Part shown: in pieces, positions 16,806 to 24,288 of the stretch
Numbering within the stretch: the first letter of the stretch is position 1
Layout of the letters: every line of letters begins with the position of its first letter
Assembly: GCA_963169135.1 (NCBI GenBank)
Contig: CAUJEQ010000262.1
Location: 1 to 45,529, forward strand
Origin: Chloroflexota bacterium
GTDB lineage: Bacteria; Chloroflexota; Dehalococcoidia; Tepidiformales; Tepidiformaceae
Reading direction: 5' to 3'
Length of the DNA: 45,529 nt
The notes under the pieces: generated by a model
Seen by the model: only the letters and a program-made list of their open reading frames with translations
Database searches by the model: none
Told to the model about the DNA's origin: nothing
Program-made: the position numbers and the translations under genes

Positions 16806-19800
16806 GTGAAAGGGGAACCAGGCCCCGATCCGGCGCTGATGCGCCAGCTCTTCGCCACCATGCCGGTCGGCGTCGCCCTCTTCGACCGGGACATGCGCCT
16901 CCGCGAATGGAACGACGCGTTCCGCCGCTTCCTCGAAGACAACGAGCCCTCTATGGCAGCCCGGGTGCGGCCGGGTGCGCCACTGGCTGACGTGTCACCG
17001 TTCCGCGTCGAGCGCGCGGAGGCACTGTTCCGCGCAGCGCTCGCCGGGGAACCCGTTCGCCGCGATGCGGTGCCCTATGAGGGCCCGAACGGCACTACCC
17101 ACTGGGACATCCACCTCCGGCCCCTTATCGAGGACGGCGAGGTCATCGGCGTGGTTGACACGATCATGGATGCCACGTTCCGGGTCCGATCGGCCGAAAC
17201 CCTTCGGCAGCGCGAAGGACAGTTCAAGCGCGTCTTTGAGGAGATTAATGACGGCATCATCCTGAACGACTTCGAAACTGGCTTCGTTGCCGAAGCGAAC
17301 CCCGCCGTTTGCCGAATGCACGGCTATACACACGAAGAGTTCGTGGGGATGGACCCGGCCAGGTTCATCCACCCGGACCACTGGCAGAAGCTGGCCGACT
17401 ACCAGGAGTCCATCCGGGCAGGGAAGGACTATCACATCCGGGCGAAGGACGTCCGCAAAGACGGGACCGCGTTCGATGTCGAAGTAATGGGCACCGGCTT
17501 TGAGCTCGACGGGCGGAAGTACCTGCTCGCGGTCGTCCGCGACATTAGCGAACAGGTGGCCATGGAGCGTGAGCGCGAAGAGGCGCACGCAGTCCTGGAG
17601 CAGCGGGTCGAGGAGCGCACACGTGAGCTCGGGAGCCTGCTTGATGTTTCGCGCGCCGTGCTCTCGACCCTCGACCTCGATCAACTCTTCATCCGGGTGC
17701 TGGAAGAAATCGGCAACGTCATCCCCTACGGGGGTTCGAGCATCCTCGAAGTCGATGGCGCCGTTCTGGAGATCAAGGCTTCGCGCAACATGTTCGACGA
17801 TACCGTGGACCCGGCATCGCGGGGTATGCGGTTCCCCGTGACCGCCGTCCCCCGGCTCTGGCAGGCCATGATGGAAGGCCGGCCGGTGGTCATTGACGAC
17901 ATTTACAGCGACACGCCCGAAGCCCGGGAGTACCGCGGCGTGGCGGGCGAGAATCTCAAGACCATCTTCCGGTTCGTACGGACATGGATGGCCGTACCCC
18001 TCGCACACGGCGGCGAGGTACTTGGCGTCCTGATCATCTCGGACCCAACGCCCGGAGCGTTCAGCCAGAGCCAGGCGCACCTTGCGGCGGCCTTCGGCAA
18101 CCAGGTTGCCGTCGCGATCGCCAACGCCCGTCTCTATCACGAAGTCGAACGCCGCGCCCGCGAAATGGAGGGCCTTGCCGGAGTAGCGTCGGCACTGACC
18201 TTCGATACACCGGCCCAGCAGACCCTCGATGCGCTCGCCGCACGCGTGGTCCAGGCGTCGTCGGCAATCGCCTGTTCGGTCACGCTTTTTGACGAACGAG
18301 GCAGCTACGTCATGGCGGGCGAACACGGGCTCCCCGAAGGATTCCCAGGCCGCATGGTCGAAGCCATCAACGAGGGGGCCCCCTCCGTAACCTCGACGGC
18401 GTTTCGGAGCGGGCAGCGCCAGGTGTTGCGGGGTTCGCGGACCCGGACGCTGGCGGACCCGCGCTACGCCCTGGTGCACGACATGCTCGCCACCGCTACC
18501 TGGGAGACCGTAGTGATCACCCCCATGGTGTCGAGGGGCCGGCCGCAGGGCACCCTCGACGCCTATTACCACGGGGATCACGAGCCGGATGCCGAAGAGC
18601 TGGAACTCCTTACGGCGATGGCCAACCAGGTAGCGATCGCGGTGGAGAACGCCCGGCTCTTCGCTGATTCGCAGCGGCGCATCCGTGAGATGGATGCGCT
18701 TTACCGTGTCGATGAGCAGCTCCACCACTCACTCGTTGTGGACGATGTGCTCCGCGCGCTGACCGACGCGGCGGTGGACGTGCTGGAGGCCGACCGAAGC
18801 GCCGCGCTCATGTTCGATGAGACGACCCGCGAGCTGCGAGTGCGCGCCACCTCGGGCCTCTCCCATGGCGAAGTCCAGGCACTGGCCGCGTCGCTGAACG
18901 GACTCGACACCTCGGTCATTGAGAAGCTCGATGTGCCCCGGGTCGTGCCGGATACCTCGCGGGATGCCCGGCTCGTGAGGGACGTGGTCCAGGCGGTCGG
19001 CGTCTCGTCGGTCATCGACGTGCCCATCACCATCGCCGGCAAGCGTTTCGGGCTGTTCAGCATGGGCTGGGTCCAGCACCACGACATCACTGCCGACGAA
19101 GTGCGGATGGCCGCCGCCATCGGACAGCGCGCCGCAGTCGCGATCGAGAACGCGAGGCTGTACGAGCGCGCCCAGCACGCCGCGTCACTCGAGGAACGCC
19201 AGCGGCTCGCACGCGAACTGCACGACTCGGTCTCCCAGGCGCTGTATGGGATCTCGCTGGGCACGCGGACGGCGAGGACGCTGTTGGAGCGGGAGCCGGC
19301 GCGGGTGGGCGAGCCCCTGGAGTACGTCTCCGGGCTTGCCGAAGCTGGCCTGGCCGAGCTCCGGGCACTCATCTTCGAGCTTCGGCCCGAATCGCTCGAA
19401 GCCGAAGGCCTGGTTGCCGCTTTCGAGAAGCAGTTTGCGGCGATGCACGCCAGGCACGGGATCGAAATGGAGACGCACCTCGATGGCGAACCCGACCTGC
19501 GCCTGGACCTCAAGGAAGTGCTCTACCGGATCGGGCAGGAGGCCATGCACAACACGGTGAAGCACGCCCGCGCCACGCGCGCCTGGGTCACTCTCGGAAC
19601 AGCCGGCGGGCGCGTGACCCTTGAGGTGCGGGACAACGGGGTGGGATTCGACCCTTCGGGCGAGTTTCCGGGGCACCTCGGGCTCCGGTCGATGACCGAG
19701 CGGGCGACAAGTTCCGGTGGGACGCTCACGATCGAAAGCGAGCCGGGTTCGGGGACGACTATCCGGATTTCGGTCCCGGCCATCCCGGGCCATCTGCCTG

Positions 19801-19826
19801 CGGGGGCTCCCGCTTCATCATCCTGA
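16806..19826 (+). CDS. Sensor histidine kinase, PAS-PAS-GAF-GAF-GAF-HisKA_3-HATPase_c, cytoplasmic
   Basis: The GTG start lies 2 nt after the upstream stop. There are two PAS regions. Three approximately 170-aa GAF-like units each end in an A(I/V)(A/E)NARL(Y/F) motif. The HisKA_3 H-box is ERQRLARELHDSVSQALYG. HATPase motifs are EAMHNTVKHA, DNGVGF and GLRSM. I see no TM segment. Confidence 0.9.
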   Translation: MKGEPGPDPALMRQLFATMPVGVALFDRDMRLREWNDAFRRFLEDNEPSMAARVRPGAPLADVSPFRVERAEALFRAALAGEPVRRDAVPYEGPNGTTHWDIHLRPLIEDGEVIGVVDTIMDATFRVRSAETLRQREGQFKRVFEEINDGIILNDFETGFVAEANPAVCRMHGYTHEEFVGMDPARFIHPDHWQKLADYQESIRAGKDYHIRAKDVRKDGTAFDVEVMGTGFELDGRKYLLAVVRDISEQVAMEREREEAHAVLEQRVEERTRELGSLLDVSRAVLSTLDLDQLFIRVLEEIGNVIPYGGSSILEVDGAVLEIKASRNMFDDTVDPASRGMRFPVTAVPRLWQAMMEGRPVVIDDIYSDTPEAREYRGVAGENLKTIFRFVRTWMAVPLAHGGEVLGVLIISDPTPGAFSQSQAHLAAAFGNQVAVAIANARLYHEVERRAREMEGLAGVASALTFDTPAQQTLDALAARVVQASSAIACSVTLFDERGSYVMAGEHGLPEGFPGRMVEAINEGAPSVTSTAFRSGQRQVLRGSRTRTLADPRYALVHDMLATATWETVVITPMVSRGRPQGTLDAYYHGDHEPDAEELELLTAMANQVAIAVENARLFADSQRRIREMDALYRVDEQLHHSLVVDDVLRALTDAAVDVLEADRSAALMFDETTRELRVRATSGLSHGEVQALAASLNGLDTSVIEKLDVPRVVPDTSRDARLVRDVVQAVGVSSVIDVPITIAGKRFGLFSMGWVQHHDITADEVRMAAAIGQRAAVAIENARLYERAQHAASLEERQRLARELHDSVSQALYGISLGTRTARTLLEREPARVGEPLEYVSGLAEAGLAELRALIFELRPESLEAEGLVAAFEKQFAAMHARHGIEMETHLDGEPDLRLDLKEVLYRIGQEAMHNTVKHARATRAWVTLGTAGGRVTLEVRDNGVGFDPSGEFPGHLGLRSMTERATSSGGTLTIESEPGSGTTIRISVPAIPGHLPAGAPASSS

Positions 19827-19860
19827 GCCTCAGTTTAAAGAAGGCCACCGCCAGACTCCC

Positions 19861-21609
19861 TCAGCTCGCCGGTACGAACTGGAGTTCACGCCACCCGCGC
19901 ACAGAGTTCAGCGCTGCGAGCCTGGAACCGGCGCTCAGGCTGCTGACGGAAATGCGGCCCTCCTCGATAATTCCTCGCCCGAGCAAGTCGGCCCGCATGG
20001 TGCCCGGCAACAGGCCATCTGAGACTGGAGGCGTGACCCACCGCCCCTCGCGGGAGACCGCAACGTTGGCGATGGCGGTCTCGGTCAGATAGCCGTCCTG
20101 GTTCCAGAGGAGGGTCTCGTCGCAGTCGGGACGGGACGCCGTCGCGGCTTCGTAGAGCCCACGCTTCGTGGTCTTGTGATACAGGAATGGGTCCGCCGAG
20201 TCGACCGGTGTCAACGCGAGTCCTGCCCGTGCAGGAACCGCGTTGTGTGGGGGCAGCGGACCTTGTTCGACACGCAGGTGGCCCTCTTCGTCAAGCAGCA
20301 GCCGCAATCGAAGCGGGACACCGCTCCCAGTGGCAGACGCGAGCGTTCGCCGCGCGAGCGCCCGCTCGAACGGGTAGCCGAAGTACCGGGCCGAGCCCGC
20401 CATCCGGGTGAGGTGCCGGTTCAAGAGCGCGAAGCCCTCGTCCGGCGTCCACCTCAGAGTTTCGATGAGCGAAAACGGGGTGATATCGGCATCGAGCACG
20501 CGGGCCTTGGCGAGGCATTCAGCGTACTCCCGCCCCGGCCGGGAGTCCCAAACGATGCCGCTCCCCACGTTGTAGGTGGCTGCGCGAAGTTCGCGATCGA
20601 CTGTCGCGGTGCGGATGGCGACGTTGAACCGCGCCCTTCGGCCTGGCCCGATGTAGCCCACCGCACCCGTGTACACGCCGCGTGGCCCGGCTTCGAGTTC
20701 TCGGATAATCCGGGCCGTCCGGACTTTTGGTGCGCCCGTGACTGAGGCGCAGGGGAAGGTGGCGGCGAACAACCCCGCGAGCGATGTGTCAGTCTCCGCC
20801 GTCACGCTGGACGTCATCTGGAGTACCGTGGGGAAACGCTCGACCCGGAAGAGCTCGGGTGCGGCGACCGAGCCGACCCGGGCGATCCGGCCCAGGTCGT
20901 TCCTCACCATATCCACGATCATCAGGTTCTCGGCCCGTTCCTTCGGGGAACGCCGGAGTCCCGTGGCTCGCCGGCGGTCCTCGGCCAGGGTACGGCCGCG
21001 GTTGGCCGTGCCCTTCATCGGCCGCATGCGGACCTGTTCCCCCTCGCGTTCGAAAAACAGCTCGGGCGAGGCCGAACAGATCGCGAATCGCCCGAAATCG
21101 AGGTAGGCGGCGCCATCGGCGCGTTGCGCCCGAGCCAGCCGCGCGAAGAGCGAGAACGGATCGCCGCGAAAGGGCGTCGTTAGCGGAAACGTGAGGTTGA
21201 CCTGGTAGCTCTCGCCGGCGGCGAGATGCTCGCGAACCCGGCGGACGGCCCTGCCGTATTCTTCCTCCCGGACCTGCGGGCGCCAGCACAGTCCCGGCGC
21301 AGAACCCGCAGCCGCGATCAGGTCGTGCGGGTCGAAGGGTTCAAGCTCACGACCGGCTATGAACGCTGCGAGCGGGAGGCCGGCCTGGGGCTGGTGCGAT
21401 GCAATGCCGAACGCGGCGGCCGCCTCGTAGGCCACGAACCCGACGACATGGCCGCCCCCTGCGCAGGCCGCTTCCGCGGCGGCAATCACCGGGACGACCT
21501 CGGACGGCTTGTGAGCCATCAGCGGGGCGCCCCGGCCGGCGAGGCGGTACCACGATCCGTTTAGCTGCAGGACAGCGAAACACTCCCCGTTCACGATGCG
21601 CTCCTGCAT
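19861..21609 (-). CDS. pabB: Aminodeoxychorismate synthase component I fused to an aminodeoxychorismate-lyase-like (class IV aminotransferase fold) domain
   Basis: The 582-aa ORF has chorismate-binding motifs (SPELFFERE...MRPMKGT, ENLMIVDMVRNDLGR, SVTGAPK, RGVYTGAVGY). The C-terminal approximately 200 aa carry FLYHKTTKR and a PabC-like fold. Confidence 0.8.
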   Translation of the reverse strand: MQERIVNGECFAVLQLNGSWYRLAGRGAPLMAHKPSEVVPVIAAAEAACAGGGHVVGFVAYEAAAAFGIASHQPQAGLPLAAFIAGRELEPFDPHDLIAAAGSAPGLCWRPQVREEEYGRAVRRVREHLAAGESYQVNLTFPLTTPFRGDPFSLFARLARAQRADGAAYLDFGRFAICSASPELFFEREGEQVRMRPMKGTANRGRTLAEDRRRATGLRRSPKERAENLMIVDMVRNDLGRIARVGSVAAPELFRVERFPTVLQMTSSVTAETDTSLAGLFAATFPCASVTGAPKVRTARIIRELEAGPRGVYTGAVGYIGPGRRARFNVAIRTATVDRELRAATYNVGSGIVWDSRPGREYAECLAKARVLDADITPFSLIETLRWTPDEGFALLNRHLTRMAGSARYFGYPFERALARRTLASATGSGVPLRLRLLLDEEGHLRVEQGPLPPHNAVPARAGLALTPVDSADPFLYHKTTKRGLYEAATASRPDCDETLLWNQDGYLTETAIANVAVSREGRWVTPPVSDGLLPGTMRADLLGRGIIEEGRISVSSLSAGSRLAALNSVRGWRELQFVPAS

Positions 21610-21631
21610 GCAAGGACGAGCTTACGGACGG

Positions 21632-21781
21632 TCAGGCAGCTTTGCTGCCAAATGGCCAGTACCAGCGCTTGCCGGTTGACGGCTTCGGCTTGATGTCAGC
21701 TTCGGTGAAGCCGCGGCCGCAACCCTGGCAATACGCGTAAACGTTCAAATTCTGTCGGCCACACCACGGGCATTCGCGCAT
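21632..21781 (-). CDS. Small zinc-ribbon protein (49 aa), absent from the supplied ORF track (shorter than its smallest listed ORF, 60 aa)
   Basis: My hand translation is MRECPWCGRQNLNVYAYCQGCGRGFTEADIKPKPSTGKRWYWPFGSKAA*. It has CxxC-N12-CxxC. A GTGAGGGG RBS lies about 7 nt upstream. The ORF fills the gap between two same-strand genes (48 nt and 22 nt spacers). Confidence 0.5.
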   Translation of the reverse strand: MRECPWCGRQNLNVYAYCQGCGRGFTEADIKPKPSTGKRWYWPFGSKAA

Positions 21782-21829
21782 TCCAAACCCCTCACTCTCT
21801 GGCTGATCCCATTGTAGGGAAGAAGCCCG

Positions 21830-22897
21830 TTACCTGAACTTCCGGGCCGCGAGGATGGGCCAGGTGTCCAACAGCTCGCCACCACGCCGGACGTAGTACA
21901 CGTCGTGCATGTTCAGGGTGGTGTCGCCGTGGCTGGGGATGACCTCGATGCGGTCGCCGGGCTTCAGGCTGGCGACGCCTTCGCCAGTGAGCGTGGCGTG
22001 TTCCTCGCTCAGCCGCGCGACCTTGATTCGCCCGTCCACTGACATCGGCGGCCCGAACTCGTTCGTCAGGGACTTTGCCCCCGTGTCGGCCACGGCATAG
22101 CGCTCCTTCACCGAGATCACGGTCGTCAGGAGGGTGATCGCCTGCTGGAACGTGTTGGGGATGAACTCCTCGTTGTGGCTGTCGTGGAAGACGTAGGTCC
22201 CGGCCTGGAGTTCGGTCACACCCAGAGTTCGGGCTGCGATCGGGACGCTCGCGGTACCGCTGGTCGAGACTATCCCGGGAGCGAGCCCGGCCTCCGCGAG
22301 CGCCTCGACGTGCGTGTTCACAATAGCCAGGGAATCGCGGATGAGCTGTTCGCGGGCGACCGGATCGGGCTGGCCATACATGTGGCCCTCGTAACCCATG
22401 ATTCCGCGATAGTCGATCCCGTTCTCAATGAGCATGCGCGCGAGCCGGACCGTCTCGCCGGGCGTGGCGGAGCCACAGCGCCTGAGCCCGGCGTCGACCT
22501 CTATTACGGCTGCAGGCTTCTGCCCCGATCGGCGCGCTCCATCCGCAAGCTGGCGGATGTTGAACTCGGTTTCGACGGCGGAGGTGACGTCCACGCCGCG
22601 GGCGAGCAGCGACATCAGGCGGTCGACCTTCTGGGCGCCCACCACCTGGTTGGCCATCAGGATCGGCCCGAGGCCGGCATCGGCCAGGACCTCCGCCTCG
22701 CCAAGCTTGGCGACCGTGATGCCGATCGCGCCGGCGTCGAGCTGGAGCCTGGCTACCTGGGGGCACTTCGGCGTCTTGAAGTGCGGGCGCAGGCTGACGC
22801 CGGTGCCCGCGATCATGGCCATCATCGTCGCGATGTTGGCCTGGACCTTATCCAGATCAAGGAGGAGGCAGGGCGTATCCAGGTCATCGATATGCAT
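21830..22897 (-). CDS. D-TA family PLP enzyme (D-threonine aldolase / DSD1 D-serine dehydratase-like; alanine racemase N-terminal fold)
   Basis: I chose the start at ATG 22897 (MHIDDLDTPCLLLDLDKV...). The PLP-Lys motif is RPHFKTPK. The C-terminus GDRIEVIPSHGDTTLNMHD is typical of the family. Confidence 0.8.
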   Translation of the reverse strand: MHIDDLDTPCLLLDLDKVQANIATMMAMIAGTGVSLRPHFKTPKCPQVARLQLDAGAIGITVAKLGEAEVLADAGLGPILMANQVVGAQKVDRLMSLLARGVDVTSAVETEFNIRQLADGARRSGQKPAAVIEVDAGLRRCGSATPGETVRLARMLIENGIDYRGIMGYEGHMYGQPDPVAREQLIRDSLAIVNTHVEALAEAGLAPGIVSTSGTASVPIAARTLGVTELQAGTYVFHDSHNEEFIPNTFQQAITLLTTVISVKERYAVADTGAKSLTNEFGPPMSVDGRIKVARLSEEHATLTGEGVASLKPGDRIEVIPSHGDTTLNMHDVYYVRRGGELLDTWPILAARKFR

Positions 22898-22956
22898 GCC
22901 CGGAAGTCTACCCGCGAACCGCAACCCGGGGATATCCGCGAGCTGATTCAACCCTC

Positions 22957-24255
22957 TTGCGGGCGGTTCCGGCAGAATGGGCAAAGGACGGTGAGGAGGC
23001 GCGGCGGTTGGATTCAGAGCAGAACCCGTTCTCGGTCCTCCGGAACACACAGTATCGCCTGCTCTTTGCCGGGACCACGCTGGCGATGCTCGCCTTCGGC
23101 ATGATGCAGGTGGCGCAGGGCGTGGTCGCCTTCGAACTGACCGGGAAGAACAGCGCGGTCGGCTTCGTGTTCCTTGGCCAGGGTATCTCGATGCTCATCC
23201 TGAGCCCGGTGGGCGGGACCCTCTCCGACCGGATTTCGAAGAAACGCCTGCTGACCTCGGCCCAGTTCGTGATCGGCGCGATGTTCGCGCTCATCGCCGT
23301 ACTCATCGCGACCGACCTGATCACCATCCTCATCCTCGCGGCCGCGAGCCTCGTCCTGGGCTGTATGTACTCGATCATGGGGCCGACACGGCAGGCGTGG
23401 GTAGGCGACCTCCTCCAGGGCGACGAATTGGCCCGGGGTGTCGCACTCCAACAGCTAATGATGAACTCGACTCGCATCGTCGGGCCGCTGTTGGCCGGGC
23501 TGCTCATCGCGACGGGCGGCGTGGGCACGGCCGGGACGTATTTCGGCATGGCGGCGCTGTTCGTGGCGGTGGTCGCCGTCTTGCTGCAGATGGCCCCTTC
23601 GCCCCCGAGGCAGCGCGCGCATCACACTTCGGTCCGGGCCGACCTCGGCGAGGGCTTCCGCTACATCTGGACGGACCGCGACGTGCGAATGCTCGCCCTG
23701 GTGTTCGTTGGCATCGTGCTCAGCGGCTTCTCGTACCAGGCGATCATGCCCGGCTACCTCGAGAACGCGCTGGACCATCCGGCCAGCCACCTCGGCATCC
23801 TCTACGGCGCAATGGCCGTCGGCGGCATCGTCGTAACGCTCGTGCTTGCTGCTCGGCCGCCGCGCCGGCCGAGCAGCCTGATGCTTGCGTTCGGCGCTTG
23901 TCTGGCCCTATCGCTTGGCGCGCTCGCGGTGGCACCGGGCTTCGCTGTTGCGCTGGCGGTTGGCGCTCTCGTTGGCGCGGCTTCGAGTGGCTTCCAGATG
24001 CTGAACAACGTCAGCCTGATGCAGCGCTCAGATCCCAAGTACTTCGGGCGGGTGATGGCCGTGACGATGATGGCGTTCGGGGTGAACTCCATCGTTTCGT
24101 ACCCCGTCGGCCTTATCGCCGACGCGGCAGGTGAACGCGCGACACTCGGGGGTCTGGCGGTCGCCTGCGGATGCGTCGTCATCGTGGGCGTGCTCGCGCT
24201 GCGCCCGGGGCGGGCGGTTGGCGGTCAACCGGCGGTCGTCGCACCGGAGACGTAA
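22957..24255 (+). CDS. MFS transporter
   Basis: The 432-aa ORF has about 12 hydrophobic spans, and GGTLSDRISKKRLL resembles MFS motif A. An alternative TTG start at 23008 has a GAGGAGG RBS. Confidence 0.85.
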   Translation: MRAVPAEWAKDGEEARRLDSEQNPFSVLRNTQYRLLFAGTTLAMLAFGMMQVAQGVVAFELTGKNSAVGFVFLGQGISMLILSPVGGTLSDRISKKRLLTSAQFVIGAMFALIAVLIATDLITILILAAASLVLGCMYSIMGPTRQAWVGDLLQGDELARGVALQQLMMNSTRIVGPLLAGLLIATGGVGTAGTYFGMAALFVAVVAVLLQMAPSPPRQRAHHTSVRADLGEGFRYIWTDRDVRMLALVFVGIVLSGFSYQAIMPGYLENALDHPASHLGILYGAMAVGGIVVTLVLAARPPRRPSSLMLAFGACLALSLGALAVAPGFAVALAVGALVGAASSGFQMLNNVSLMQRSDPKYFGRVMAVTMMAFGVNSIVSYPVGLIADAAGERATLGGLAVACGCVVIVGVLALRPGRAVGGQPAVVAPET

Positions 24256-24288
24256 TTCCGCTGACTCAGGCGGCGCGGAGCAATCGAC

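Noticed and set aside
16995-18728. A 577-aa minus-strand ORF lies inside the triple-GAF kinase gene.
   Set aside because: The plus-strand frame has unmistakable PAS, GAF and HisKA_3 motifs. The antisense product has no recognisable domain and a biased R/G/P/H composition.
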